DNA from: an uncultured Gammaproteobacteria bacterium
GTDB taxonomy: Bacteria; Patescibacteriota; Patescibacteriia; UBA10025; JAHIVO01
Direction: 5' to 3'
Assembly: GCA_964628855.1 (NCBI GenBank)
Contig: CAZVMV010000001.1
Location: 77,145-141,144 of the forward strand
DNA: 64,000 nucleotides
Position numbers and translations under genes: made by a program. This document shows positions 19,021 through 29,117 of the stretch, piece after piece; within the stretch, counting starts at the first letter, position 1, and the number at the start of each line of letters is the position of its first letter. The notes under the pieces are model-generated. The model was given only the letters and a program-made list of their open reading frames with translations, made no database searches and was not told the DNA's origin.

Positions 19021-19210
19021 GTTCGATAAGGTAACTTAAAAACCAGTTGCGCTATTCGCGCCTGCCAGATATCCGCGTGGATGGTCTATAGACCACTCCG
19101 TGGCTTAAAAACTGGCAAATCGTTATCCGGGGATTAAATCATCATGAATTCATGAATTATCATCCCCAGAACCTATCTACCTTGATTGTGATAGATATCT
19201 TAACTGTAAA

Positions 19211-19591
19211 CTACATTTTGATCTCAACGTCTACGCCGGCCGGTAAATTGAGGCTCATCATGGCATCGATTGTTTTCGGCGTCGGATTGATGATGTCAAT
19301 CAATCGCTTATGGACACGCATCTCATACTGTTCACGGGCATCCTTGTGCACAAATGTTGAACGGTTTACGGTGTATCGTTTTTTTTCTGTGGGCAGCGGA
19401 ATCGGCCCCTTTGTCTGGGCGCCAGTCCGGACAGCCGTATCCAATATTGTCCGCGTGGACTGGTCTATGATCTTGTGGTCATAGGCCCGGATACGGATGC
19501 GGATACGCTGTTGCACTTCCTCAGCTCCATTTCCAGGAACTGGGGTCGTCTGCACTTCTTCTTCGTCTGTATTGTGTGGCAGTTTTGCCAT
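19211..19591 (-). CDS. rpsJ: 30S ribosomal protein S10 with acidic N-terminal extension
   Basis: [34 protein letters not shown]. Confidence 0.97.
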   Translation of the reverse strand: MAKLPHNTDEEEVQTTPVPGNGAEEVQQRIRIRIRAYDHKIIDQSTRTILDTAVRTGAQTKGPIPLPTEKKRYTVNRSTFVHKDAREQYEMRVHKRLIDIINPTPKTIDAMMSLNLPAGVDVEIKM

Positions 19592-19644
19592 GATGTATGG
19601 GATCTAGATTGGTAATTAGCGATGTGGCGAGTACTGTATTGCGA

Positions 19645-19673
19645 GAAAATCCCAGACACCAGTCTGGAATTTT
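19645..19673 (-). terminator. Hairpin (terminator-like) after tuf
   Basis: Minus strand GAAATTCCAGAC-tggt-GTCTGGGATTTT. Confidence 0.5.
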
Positions 19674-19686
19674 CTATAGCGATATT

Positions 19687-20871
19687 TTATTTAAATATTT
19701 TAGTGACAACTCCCGCACCAACCGTATGGCCGCCTTCACGAATGGCGAAACGCTGCTGCTCTTCTAATGCGACCGGCACGATAAGTTTGATTTTCAGTTT
19801 AACGGTGTCACCGGGCATAACCATCTCAGTCTTCTCTGGTAATTCCACCTCTCCGGTAATGTCAGTCGTCTTTATGTAAAACTGCGGCTTATAACCCTTG
19901 AAAAACGGGGTGTGCCGTCCGCCCTCTTCCTTGGTCAGGATGTAAATTTCTCCCTCAAATTCGGTATGCGGCGTAACGCTGCCCGGTTTGGAAATCACCT
20001 GTCCACGTTCTACATCTTCCTTTTTCGTGCCACGCAGTAAAATTCCAGCATTGTCACCGGCTCGGCCTTCATCCAATGACTTATTAAACATTTCAATGCC
20101 GGTTACTACGGTTTTTGCCGTTGGCTTGATACCCACGATTTCAATATCATCATTCAGCTTAACGACGCCGCGTTCAATACGGCCAGTAACAACAGTGCCA
20201 CGTCCTTCGATTGAGAAAATATCTTCGATCGGCATTAAAAATGGCTTTTCGGTATCGCGTTTCGGTTCCGGTACGTTCTCATCCAATGCTTTCATTAATT
20301 CCATGATTGCTTCCTGATTTTTGGCATCCCCTTCCAAAGCTTTCAAGGCTGATCCCTTGATGATCGGGCAGGTATCACCAGGAAATTCATACTTTTTCAG
20401 TAAATCACGGACTTCTACTTCGACGAGGTCAATAAGCTCTTTGTCATCAACCATATCTACTTTGTTCAGAAAAACTACGATATACGGCACGCCGACCTGG
20501 TGGGCTAAGAGGATGTGTTCACGCGTCTGAGGCATTGGGCCATCAGCAGCGGAAACGACTAAAATTGCACCATCCATCTGGGCGGCGCCAGTAATCATGT
20601 TCTTGATATAATCAGCGTGGCCTGGGCAGTCGATATGGGCATAATGCCTCTTTTCCGTTTCGTATTCCACATGGGCGGTTGCAATTGTAATACCGCGCTC
20701 CTTTTCTTCTGGGGCATTATCAATCTGGTCGACCGACTTGGCTTGGGCCGTAAAACCCTTGTCTGCCAATGTTTTTAATATGGCAGCTGTTAAAGTTGTC
20801 TTACCATGGTCAACATGACCGATAGTTCCGACGTTGACATGGGGCTTTGTCCGTTCAAATTTTCCTGTCAT
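19687..20871 (-). CDS. tuf: Elongation factor Tu
   Basis: [28 protein letters not shown]. Confidence 0.99.
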   Translation of the reverse strand: MTGKFERTKPHVNVGTIGHVDHGKTTLTAAILKTLADKGFTAQAKSVDQIDNAPEEKERGITIATAHVEYETEKRHYAHIDCPGHADYIKNMITGAAQMDGAILVVSAADGPMPQTREHILLAHQVGVPYIVVFLNKVDMVDDKELIDLVEVEVRDLLKKYEFPGDTCPIIKGSALKALEGDAKNQEAIMELMKALDENVPEPKRDTEKPFLMPIEDIFSIEGRGTVVTGRIERGVVKLNDDIEIVGIKPTAKTVVTGIEMFNKSLDEGRAGDNAGILLRGTKKEDVERGQVISKPGSVTPHTEFEGEIYILTKEEGGRHTPFFKGYKPQFYIKTTDITGEVELPEKTEMVMPGDTVKLKIKLIVPVALEEQQRFAIREGGHTVGAGVVTKIFK

Positions 20872-21124
20872 AAACCTTAATATTCCTTATTAATTAAGAT
20901 TGTTAGATAATAAAAAAAAGAATTTGCAGATTTGATTATAGCAGTGGAGCGGATAATAAGCAAGGAAATACCTGCTCATTTTAGATAAATTCTGGAAAAA
21001 ATGCACTTTTTAAACTAATATTAGCTATTTTTTTGTATTATTTTTCTGATAATGCCTATTTTTAACCACTTTAACGGAGTAAAACCATACTTTTATCCCC
21101 AATACTGTGGATAATGCCCTATCT

Positions 21125-21742
21125 CTATTTCAATTCAAATGAATTTACTATATTTTCGTAATCCTGTCCATTGCCCCGCAGGCTGAATAGGGATGCCCCT
21201 TTATTGAGCAGGACAATTGTTACTGGGCTCCCGTCTTTGGCGCTCCCCCCCGTCAGTTTTTGAGCCGATAGGCCATTAACTGTGATATTTTTTTCTGAAG
21301 TTACAGATATCGAATTTTTCACCTGGCCTTCCAAACTGTCGTCCATTACGCTGATAGTTACAGTAGAGGTTGGATTTGCAGGGTCGCTTAAAACCAGTGA
21401 ATATATTTTATCCTTCCCACTGCCCGTGACCGATGATGCTCTTTTCCACCCAGCCGAATATGTTAAGGAAAAACCATATTCGCTGTTATTATAATTCTGG
21501 GAAACAGTCCCGCTATTCTGATTTGAGATGGTATTAATGTCTGACGAATTGGCGTTCTCCTGAGAATTCACTTCAGTCTTAACGTTTGAGTTAATGGCCG
21601 CCGATTGGTTGGAATTCTGATTGGCGTTTGTAGCAGGATCCGGTCGAGTATAATACCATGCGGCAACTAGCACGCCGATGGCCAGTATGCCAAAAACCCA
21701 TATCCAGTAATTTCTTGTCCGACGACTAACCCCCCGTTCCAT
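21125..21742 (-). CDS. Membrane-anchored exported protein with an Asn/Ser-rich linker and a PsbP-like domain
   Basis: Start likely ATG 21742, which avoids overlap with fusA. One TM helix, an N/Q/S-rich linker, then YNNSEYGFSLTYSAGW and IVNSFELK, typical of Mog1p/PsbP-like folds. Confidence 0.7.
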   Translation of the reverse strand: MERGVSRRTRNYWIWVFGILAIGVLVAAWYYTRPDPATNANQNSNQSAAINSNVKTEVNSQENANSSDINTISNQNSGTVSQNYNNSEYGFSLTYSAGWKRASSVTGSGKDKIYSLVLSDPANPTSTVTISVMDDSLEGQVKNSISVTSEKNITVNGLSAQKLTGGSAKDGSPVTIVLLNKGASLFSLRGNGQDYENIVNSFELK

Positions 21743-21752
21743 AAAGTTGAGG

Positions 21753-23843
21753 TTATTTTTTCTTTTTCGTATCCTCTTCCGTGCCGACAATCTGCATAAG
21801 GACGTTCTTCGGCACCTCCTGATAATTCAAAAATTCCATGGAATAGGAGGCACGGCCCTGAGACATCGAACGCAGTGCAGTGGCATATCCAAACATTTCT
21901 GCTAATGGGACTTCTGCATCAATTACCTTCATCATCCCCCGGTCCCTCATCTCCTTGATAGTGGCGCGCTTTGAATTAAGATCGCCGATCACGTCACCCA
22001 TCGATTTTTCAGGGGTTACTACTTCGACCTTCATAATCGGTTCCAATAATATCGGAGTGGCTTTCTTTGTAGCTGCCTGCAAGGCCATTGAACCGGCGAT
22101 TTTAAAGGCGCCTTCTGAAGAATCGACTTCATGGTACGAGCCATCCAAAACCGTCGCCTTAACATCAACCATCGGATAATGGGCTAACACGCCGCGATCT
22201 AGGGCTTCCTTTATACCCTTCTGGATCGGTACAATATATTCTTTAGGAATGTTGCCACCCTTCACTTCATCCACAAATTCAAATCCCGCACCGCGTTCCA
22301 TCGGTTCGACGCGGATAATGCAATGGCCATACTGACCACGGCCGCCCGACTGGCGGATATACTTGCCTTCCGCTTCCGCAATCGCTTTGATTGTTTCTTT
22401 GTAGGCCACTTGTGGTCGGCCGACATTTGCTTCGACTTTGAATTCCCTCTTCATCCGGTCAACAATTATTTCCAGATGCAATTCACCCATGCCCCAAATA
22501 ACGGTCTGGTTTGTTTCCTCGTCCGACTTGATCCGGAAAGTGGGGTCTTCAGCGGCCAATTTAGCCAGGGCCATTCCCATCCTCTCCTGATCGCCCTTTG
22601 TCTTTGGCTCGATAGCCACTGAGATGACAGGATCAGGGAATACGATTTTCTCCAATACGACTGGATGATTTGGGTCACAGAGTGTATCACCAGTTGTGGT
22701 GTTTTTCAATCCGACGGCAGCTGCAATTTCACCAGAAAAAACTTCGCTTACGTCCTCACGGTGGTTTGCGTGCATTCTCAAGATTCGGCCAACCCGCTCC
22801 TGGTTGCCATTACTGGCGTTGAGCACGTATGAACCTGACTTCATAACTCCCGAATAGACCCGGAAAAACGTCAGCGTGCCGACAAACGGATCAGTAGCTA
22901 CCTTAAAAGCCAAGGCCGCAAATGGCGCTTCGTCAGATATCGGGCACTCTATCTCCTCATCGCCCTTGATTGACTTGCCTTTTATGGCCGGCACGTCTAA
23001 CGGAGAAGGGAGATATTCCACTACAGCGTCTAGCAAAGGCTGGACACCCTTGTTTTTTAAAGCCGAGCCAACCAAAATTGGCATTAATTTATTACCAATC
23101 GTCGCTTTGCGCAGGACGCGTTTTAAATCTTCCAGCGGAATTTCCTGGTTATCCAGATATTTCTGCAATAAATCATCGTCCTGCTCGGCAATCTTTTCGA
23201 TCATGGAATGGCGGTATTCTTCGACCTTCTCCTTCATGTCTTCAGGCACATCCGTTTCCTCGAAGTCTTTGCCTAAATCATCCTTGTAAATCGTCGCCCT
23301 ACGGGTAAAAAGGTCGATGATGCCTTTAAAATTGCTTTCTGCGCCGATTGGTAGCTGAATCGGTACTGCATGGGGCGTAAGTCTTTCATGGATAGCCGCT
23401 AAATCAGCATAAAAATCAGCTCCCATCCTGTCCATTTTATTGACAAAACCCATCAGCGGCACCCCAAATTTTTCCGCCTGATGGAAAACTGTTTCTGACT
23501 GTGGCTCCACACCGGCTACTCCGTCAAAAACGATAAATCCGCCATCAAGAACGCGCAAACTGCGCTGGACTTCGACGGTAAAATCGATATGGCCGGGCGT
23601 ATCAATGATGTTGATGCGCGAATCTTTCCAAAAACATGTCGTGGCGGCGGAAGTGATGGTGATGCCGCGTTCTTTTTCCTGCTCCATCCAGTCCATTTCT
23701 GCCTCGCCTTCATGCACTTCTCCGATTTTGTGCTTTTTCCCGGTATAAAAAAGAATGCGCTCTGAAACAGTAGTTTTCCCGGCATCTATATGGGCGATAA
23801 TGCCGATATTACGGGTATTTTCTAGGGTGTACTGGCGTGGCAT
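21753..23843 (-). CDS. fusA: Elongation factor G
   Basis: [41 protein letters not shown]. Confidence 0.99.
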   Translation of the reverse strand: MPRQYTLENTRNIGIIAHIDAGKTTVSERILFYTGKKHKIGEVHEGEAEMDWMEQEKERGITITSAATTCFWKDSRINIIDTPGHIDFTVEVQRSLRVLDGGFIVFDGVAGVEPQSETVFHQAEKFGVPLMGFVNKMDRMGADFYADLAAIHERLTPHAVPIQLPIGAESNFKGIIDLFTRRATIYKDDLGKDFEETDVPEDMKEKVEEYRHSMIEKIAEQDDDLLQKYLDNQEIPLEDLKRVLRKATIGNKLMPILVGSALKNKGVQPLLDAVVEYLPSPLDVPAIKGKSIKGDEEIECPISDEAPFAALAFKVATDPFVGTLTFFRVYSGVMKSGSYVLNASNGNQERVGRILRMHANHREDVSEVFSGEIAAAVGLKNTTTGDTLCDPNHPVVLEKIVFPDPVISVAIEPKTKGDQERMGMALAKLAAEDPTFRIKSDEETNQTVIWGMGELHLEIIVDRMKREFKVEANVGRPQVAYKETIKAIAEAEGKYIRQSGGRGQYGHCIIRVEPMERGAGFEFVDEVKGGNIPKEYIVPIQKGIKEALDRGVLAHYPMVDVKATVLDGSYHEVDSSEGAFKIAGSMALQAATKKATPILLEPIMKVEVVTPEKSMGDVIGDLNSKRATIKEMRDRGMMKVIDAEVPLAEMFGYATALRSMSQGRASYSMEFLNYQEVPKNVLMQIVGTEEDTKKKK

Positions 23844-23872
23844 AGGATGTGAGTATGTTCAATAATTATTTA

Positions 23873-24337
23873 TTAAGCGAAATGCGCAAAAGCCCGGTTG
23901 GCTTCGGCCATGCGGTGGACGTCTTCGCGCTTCTTCATGGCATCGCCCTGTTTCTGCGCAGCATCCATCAATTCTCTGGCTAATTTGAAGCTCATTGGTT
24001 TCCCCTTTTTTGCACTGGCCGCGCCGATAATCCATCGGAAAGCCAAGGCCAGTTTGCGGTTACCTTTCACTTCTACAGGGATTTGGTAATTCGCCCCGCC
24101 GACTCGCCGCGATTTTACTTCGATTATGGGCGCGACGTTATTGATCGCTTGGTCAAATATTTTTATCGGCTCCTGCTTTGTCTCCTTGCCAACAATATCC
24201 AGAGCACCGTAAACAACCTGCTGAGCAACAGTTTTCTTCCCTTTCCGCATGATTGAATTAATAAATTTAGACAATACGATGTTGTTGTATTTTGCATCGC
24301 CCGGAATATTTCGCTTTGGTGCTGATTTTCCTCTCAT
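23873..24337 (-). CDS. rpsG: 30S ribosomal protein S7
   Basis: RRVGGANYQIP, HRMAEANRAFAH. Confidence 0.99.
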   Translation of the reverse strand: MRGKSAPKRNIPGDAKYNNIVLSKFINSIMRKGKKTVAQQVVYGALDIVGKETKQEPIKIFDQAINNVAPIIEVKSRRVGGANYQIPVEVKGNRKLALAFRWIIGAASAKKGKPMSFKLARELMDAAQKQGDAMKKREDVHRMAEANRAFAHFA

Positions 24338-24357
24338 AAAAAATAAAAATAATTAAG

Positions 24358-24774
24358 TTATGAAGCTTTTTTGGCGCCGTACAGACTGCGTCCCTGTTTC
24401 CGATCTGCGACTCCCTGAGTGTCGTACACGCCACGAACTATGTGGTATCGCACGCCCGGCAAGTCTTTGACGCGGCCTCCCCGGATCAATACTATTGAGT
24501 GCTCCTGTAAATTATGCCCGACACCGGGAATATAAGCGGTCACTTCCATGCCATTAGACAGACGGACACGTGCGATTTTCCGCAGTGCCGAGTTTGGCTT
24601 TTTGGGCGTGGTAGTGGTGACTTTGACGCAAACGCCGCGCTTGAAGGGGCTGCCTTTTTGAAGCTGGCTTCTTTTCCGGCGGATGGTATTTAATACCGGC
24701 TGAAGGGCGGGTGTCTTCGATTTAAACGCACTCAGGGTGCGTGAATGTCGGATCAATTGATTTACGGTTGGCAT
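24358..24774 (-). CDS. rpsL: 30S ribosomal protein S12
   Basis: [29 protein letters not shown]. Confidence 0.99.
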   Translation of the reverse strand: MPTVNQLIRHSRTLSAFKSKTPALQPVLNTIRRKRSQLQKGSPFKRGVCVKVTTTTPKKPNSALRKIARVRLSNGMEVTAYIPGVGHNLQEHSIVLIRGGRVKDLPGVRYHIVRGVYDTQGVADRKQGRSLYGAKKAS

Positions 24775-24848
24775 AAAACAGGCTTTAAATAAATGGTTAT
24801 TTTTTACAAATAAAAAAGTATCTTTAGACGATACTCGGGTTCAGACCC

Positions 24849-24878
24849 AGCATAACACAGACCCCCAAAAAATGTCAA
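24849..24878 (-). promoter_or_regulatory. Sigma70-like promoter for the str operon
   Basis: TTGACA-18 nt-TATGCT with TG extension. Confidence 0.55.
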
Positions 24879-24890
24879 CATCCCGACCCA

Positions 24891-25511
24891 TCAGCCGAAA
24901 ATCTTTACGGCCAGGTTATAAAGGGTGCCGATCAGTGCGGAAAAAAGTGAACCGCCGAGGACAACAAATATGAGTAAAATCCAGGGCCCATACAGTTCCA
25001 GCCTCCTGACGGCATCCTGGAAACGGTAAGGCACTACCGCATACAATAATTTTGAGCCGTCCAGTGGTGGAAACGGTAGTAGGTTAAAAATCGCCAAAAC
25101 AAAATTAATTTCAATCATCATCAACAGAAACGTGGTCAATAAATTATCTGAACCGATTAAATTGCTTGATACTAAAAATTTCAGTAAAAAGCCAAAGACA
25201 ATGAAACTTATAAGATTTGAGGCAGGGCCAGCGATAGAAATCAGGACCGGACCCCATTTCTGGTGCTTTAGATTGTACGGATTGAACGGCACAGGCCGTC
25301 CCCACCCGAATCCCGCCAAAAGCAGGACGATAAAACCGATTGGGTCCAAATGCTTCAGCGGATTCAAAGTCAGCCGGCCCTGGTCGGCAGCCGTGTGGTC
25401 TCCTTCCTTATAAGCAGCGTAAGCATGACTGAATTCGTGGATCGTGATGGCATACACGATCCCGACTAGCCAGGCAATCAAAAGTTGTGGCTGTGAAAGC
25501 AGACTAAGCAT
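24891..25511 (-). CDS. Site-2 protease (peptidase M50)
   Basis: HEFSH, GRLTLNPLKHLDP, AGPASN, FNLLPFPPLDG; start taken as ATG 25511. Confidence 0.93.
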   Translation of the reverse strand: MLSLLSQPQLLIAWLVGIVYAITIHEFSHAYAAYKEGDHTAADQGRLTLNPLKHLDPIGFIVLLLAGFGWGRPVPFNPYNLKHQKWGPVLISIAGPASNLISFIVFGFLLKFLVSSNLIGSDNLLTTFLLMMIEINFVLAIFNLLPFPPLDGSKLLYAVVPYRFQDAVRRLELYGPWILLIFVVLGGSLFSALIGTLYNLAVKIFG

Positions 25512-25518
25512 AAATTCA

Positions 25519-25547
25519 TTGACAGCAAAGATAAAATAAAGTACGCT
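25519..25547 (+). promoter_or_regulatory. Sigma70-like promoter for rpmB
   Basis: TTGACA-17 nt-TACGCT; a TATAAT also lies a few nt downstream. Confidence 0.5.
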
Positions 25548-25580
25548 TATTATAATCAAAAACTATAATCAGTACAACCT

Positions 25581-25757
25581 ATGTCTAGAATCTGTGATAT
25601 CTGCGGACGCGGTGCCCTGAGCGGCCAGTCACGCAGCCATTCAAACATCGCCACCAAGAGGCGTCAACAAATCAATTTGCAGCAAACCCTCTACCGGGGC
25701 AAACGAGTCAAAGCCTGCGCCAGCTGCATCAAGACCCTGGCTAAGAAAACCAAGTAG
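25581..25757 (+). CDS. rpmB: 50S ribosomal protein L28 (58 aa, not in ORF track)
   Basis: Manual translation: MSRICDICGRGALSGQSRSHSNIATKRRQQINLQQTLYRGKRVKACASCIKTLAKKTK. Confidence 0.95.
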   Translation: MSRICDICGRGALSGQSRSHSNIATKRRQQINLQQTLYRGKRVKACASCIKTLAKKTK

Positions 25758-25764
25758 TAAAATT

Positions 25765-25800
25765 AAAAAAAGTCCCGCTGTAAAAACCGTGGGATTTTTT
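25765..25800. terminator. Bidirectional terminator between rpmB and uppS
   Basis: A-tract, GTCCCGC...GTGGGAT, T-tract. Confidence 0.55.
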
Positions 25801-25807
25801 ATTACCG

Positions 25808-26491
25808 CTATTTTCCGAAGCGGCGTTCTCGATTTTGGTACTCAGCCAAAGCGGCGTCCAGTTCTGCTTCGCCAAAATCAGGCCAAAGCGTAGGCGTGAA
25901 ATACAGCTCCGAATAGGCCGATTCCCACAATAAAAATCCGGACAGGCGCTGTTCACCCGACGTTCTGATGATCATGTCCGGATCGGGAATGGACGAAGCG
26001 TACAAGTTTTCGCTCACTAAAGATTCGGTGATTTTTGCAGGGGCCATTTTCATGCCAACGATTGACTTAATGGCATCAACAATTTCCGCGCGACCGCCAT
26101 AGTTCAGAGCCATGTTAAAAATGCATTTTGAATTGTTGCGGGTCAGTTCCACGGCTTTCTTGATTTCCTGCTGGATAATTTTTGAAAGCCCGCCAAGTCG
26201 ACCGACCGCATTGTATCTGATTCCCTCCTGATGGAGTTTTTTTACCTCCTGCCTGATAACCTGCAAAAAAAGTTTCATGAGATATTTCACTTCTGCCGGA
26301 GGACGATCCCAATTCTCAGTAGAAAATGCGTATACCGTCAATATTTTTACCCCTTTTTTTATGCACCATCTCAGTGCTGTCCGGACATTATCCAATCCCC
26401 TACGGTGTCCCTCAAGCAACGGCAAACCATGCAACTTTGCCCAGCGGCGGTTGCCATCCATAATGATTCCGATGTGATTGGGAGTTTCCAT
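25808..26491 (-). CDS. uppS: Undecaprenyl diphosphate synthase
   Basis: HIGIIMDGNRRWA, YAFSTENW, NYGGRAEI, IRTSGEQRLSGFL, RRFG. Start could also be GTG 26497. Confidence 0.97.
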   Translation of the reverse strand: METPNHIGIIMDGNRRWAKLHGLPLLEGHRRGLDNVRTALRWCIKKGVKILTVYAFSTENWDRPPAEVKYLMKLFLQVIRQEVKKLHQEGIRYNAVGRLGGLSKIIQQEIKKAVELTRNNSKCIFNMALNYGGRAEIVDAIKSIVGMKMAPAKITESLVSENLYASSIPDPDMIIRTSGEQRLSGFLLWESAYSELYFTPTLWPDFGEAELDAALAEYQNRERRFGK

Positions 26492-26534
26492 ATACACACC
26501 TCATTATACCTGCTACCCTCCGATTTACAATAAT

Positions 26535-26566
26535 AAAAAATTGGCAGGCCCTTCCTGGACCTGCCA
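26535..26566 (-). terminator. Intrinsic terminator downstream of the copper operon / candidate sRNA
   Basis: Minus strand TGGCAGGTCC-aggaa-GGGCCTGCCA then A and T6. Confidence 0.75.
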
Positions 26567-26673
26567 TTTCAACTCACGCCCCTCCTTCCATTGAACTAAA
26601 CTGTTAAGTTTTGGAAATCAGATTGCGAATAGGCCGTTATGATTAAACGGCAAATCTATTATAGGACGCTTGC

Positions 26674-28896
26674 TTAAATGGTCAACTTTTTAGTACGGAA
26701 ACGCCGTAATAAAAGCGAGTTCGCCACTACAGAAACGCTGGATAAGGCCATAGCCGCCCCAGCGATTTCCGGCCGCAATTGCCACCCAAACAGCGGGTAA
26801 AAAACACCCGCAGCCAGCGGAATCCCGGCTACATTGTACACCAGGGCCCAAAAAAGATTCTGGACAATCTTCCTGAAAGTAGCGCGGGACAATTCAATCG
26901 CCCGGACGACGTCAGTCAAGTCATTTTTTACCAAGACAATCTGGCCTGTTTCCATAGCCACGTCAGTGCCAGAACCGATGGCGATGCCAAGGTCTGACTG
27001 CGCCAAAGCAGGCGCGTCATTGACTCCGTCACCCACAAAAGCAACTCTTTTGCCCGTTGATTGAAGCTGTTTCACCGCACTGGCCTTATCCTGTGGCAAA
27101 ACTTCAGCTAGGACATGTTTGATGCCCAATTGCCTGGCGATCGCATCGGCAGTACGACGGTTATCGCCAGTCAACATTATCACTTCAATGCCCTTGCTCT
27201 CCAACAGTTTGAGCGTCTCCCTAGTACTTGTCTTGACCGTGTCCGCGACAGCAATCCAGCCAAACAACTTACCGTTAAGGCTAACCATCATCACCGTTTT
27301 GCCCTCCTGCTCAAGTTTTTCGATGGACGTTGAAGCATGGGAATAATCTATCCGCTCCTTTTCAAACAATTTTCTGTTCCCAAGTACAATCCTTTCCGTA
27401 CCAGCAGCGCCCTTTACCCCTAACCCCGGAACCGCTTCGAAGCCGGTAATTTCTGGCAATGCCACCCCGCTCTGTTTAGCGCTTAACATAATCGCCTCTG
27501 CCAAAGGATGCTCGGACTGTTTCTCGAGCGCCGCCGCATACTTAACAATTTCAACTTCCTCGGTACCGTCAGACGAACTGACATCAGTGACTACCGGCTT
27601 GCCGGTCGTCAGGGTGCCGGTTTTGTCAAAAACCACTACGTCAATCTTCCGGGCAGCTTCGAGAGCTTCGCCGCCCTTGATCAAAATCCCCTGGGATGCG
27701 CCAACACCCGTACCAGTGATGATGGCTGTCGGTGTAGCCAAACCGAGTGCGCAAGGGCAAGCAATGACCAATACGGCAACGAACGCTAACAAGCTCGGCA
27801 CGAACGGCTGGCCGGCAATCAGGAACCACGCTAAAAAAGTCAGGAGAGCAATCCCGATTACCGTGGGCACAAAAATAGATGATACGCGATCGGCAAATCT
27901 TTGGATCGGTGCCTTTGACGCCTGCGCTTGCCCTACCAAACGTATTATTCCGGATAGAAGCGTCTCGGCTCCAATTTTTGTTGCCCTAAATACAAACGAA
28001 CCGTGCTTATTGATCGTGCCGCCTATGACAGTATCGCCTGGCGCCTTCTCTACTGGCATGCTTTCGCCAGTTACCATTGATTCATCAATCGAAGAATTGC
28101 CCTCCATCAACTGACCGTCTACCGGCACCTTATTGCCCGGTTTGACCCTGATCAAATCACCGACGACAACCTGCTCAAGCGGTATTTCTGTTTCCTGCCC
28201 ATGGCGGACAACAATCGCATTTTTTGGAGCAAGCCCCATCAATGCCTTGATTGCTTCCCCGGTTTTACCTTTGGCGCGCGCCTCCAGCCATTTCCCCAAT
28301 AACACGAATGCTATCAGAATGCTCCCTACCTCGAAATAAACTTCGCCAGGCACAATTCCCAGCATCACAAAGACTGAATACAGGAATGAAGCGCTTGTTC
28401 CGATCGCGATCAGACTGTCCATATTAGCCGTCCGGATTTTCAATGAACTCCAAAAACCTCGGTAAAACTGCCAACCTGCCCAAAACTGAATCGGCAAGGC
28501 AAAGACAAACTGCATCCACTCACGGAAAGGCACATCCTCGATTGCGGGCACCAGCCTCATGCCCATACTGAGCGCCAATACCGGCAAGGCTAAAAATAAA
28601 CTGGCCCAGAATTTTATCCTAACAGTCCTTATTTCTTCAAACTTTTTCTGCTCCTCCTGAGCCTGTGAGGCTGCGTCATCAAGATATTCAACAGCCCCGT
28701 ACCCCGCTGCTTCGACGCTCTTGATTAGTCCCGGCAGTTCTACCCGGGTCTTATCATAAACTACATGCGCGCGTTCTGTCCCGTAGTTAACCGACGCTTT
28801 TGTGACTCCTGGGGTTTTTTTCAGACGACGTTCTATCAACTGGGCACAACTAGCACAATGCATTCCTGATAATGATAATGTAGTGCTTTTTTCCAT
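26674..28896 (-). CDS. copA: Copper-translocating P1B-1 type ATPase
   Basis: [44 protein letters not shown] and MALSS copper ligands. Confidence 0.96.
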   Translation of the reverse strand: MEKSTTLSLSGMHCASCAQLIERRLKKTPGVTKASVNYGTERAHVVYDKTRVELPGLIKSVEAAGYGAVEYLDDAASQAQEEQKKFEEIRTVRIKFWASLFLALPVLALSMGMRLVPAIEDVPFREWMQFVFALPIQFWAGWQFYRGFWSSLKIRTANMDSLIAIGTSASFLYSVFVMLGIVPGEVYFEVGSILIAFVLLGKWLEARAKGKTGEAIKALMGLAPKNAIVVRHGQETEIPLEQVVVGDLIRVKPGNKVPVDGQLMEGNSSIDESMVTGESMPVEKAPGDTVIGGTINKHGSFVFRATKIGAETLLSGIIRLVGQAQASKAPIQRFADRVSSIFVPTVIGIALLTFLAWFLIAGQPFVPSLLAFVAVLVIACPCALGLATPTAIITGTGVGASQGILIKGGEALEAARKIDVVVFDKTGTLTTGKPVVTDVSSSDGTEEVEIVKYAAALEKQSEHPLAEAIMLSAKQSGVALPEITGFEAVPGLGVKGAAGTERIVLGNRKLFEKERIDYSHASTSIEKLEQEGKTVMMVSLNGKLFGWIAVADTVKTSTRETLKLLESKGIEVIMLTGDNRRTADAIARQLGIKHVLAEVLPQDKASAVKQLQSTGKRVAFVGDGVNDAPALAQSDLGIAIGSGTDVAMETGQIVLVKNDLTDVVRAIELSRATFRKIVQNLFWALVYNVAGIPLAAGVFYPLFGWQLRPEIAGAAMALSSVSVVANSLLLRRFRTKKLTI

Positions 28897-28901
28897 AAAA
28901 T

Positions 28902-29108
28902 TTATTCCTCTATTCGGTAATGACCGGCTCCTGTCACTTCGTTTTTTAGCTGACCGAAGTCTAGCGTCTCATCAAAATCCAATTCTGTTTTCCCGTTTTG
29001 CGGATCCACAGTCACAGACTTAACGCCGGGGACATCATTAATAACGTCTTCAAGCAAACCCTTGCAACCCGCGCAATGCGTACCTTGAATAATAAATGTT
29101 TTATGCAT
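28902..29108 (-). CDS. Heavy-metal-associated (CopZ-like) chaperone
   Basis: 68 aa with GTHCAGC...VPGV; adjacent to copA. Confidence 0.88.
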   Translation of the reverse strand: MHKTFIIQGTHCAGCKGLLEDVINDVPGVKSVTVDPQNGKTELDFDETLDFGQLKNEVTGAGHYRIEE

Positions 29109-29117
29109 AATGATTTT

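Noticed and set aside
20872-21124. Possible replication origin (AT-rich, DnaA boxes)
   Set aside because: Only one perfect and one near box, no dnaA/dnaN nearby, and gene orientation does not switch here.
4318-24089. Numerous plus-strand ORFs opposite ribosomal and translation genes
   Set aside because: Shadow ORFs of highly conserved minus-strand genes.
26542-26566. CAGGTCCAGGAAGG resembles the SRP RNA helix-8 sequence
   Set aside because: The stem is fully paired, lacks the AGCAG internal loop, and is followed by a T-tract, so it reads as a terminator.
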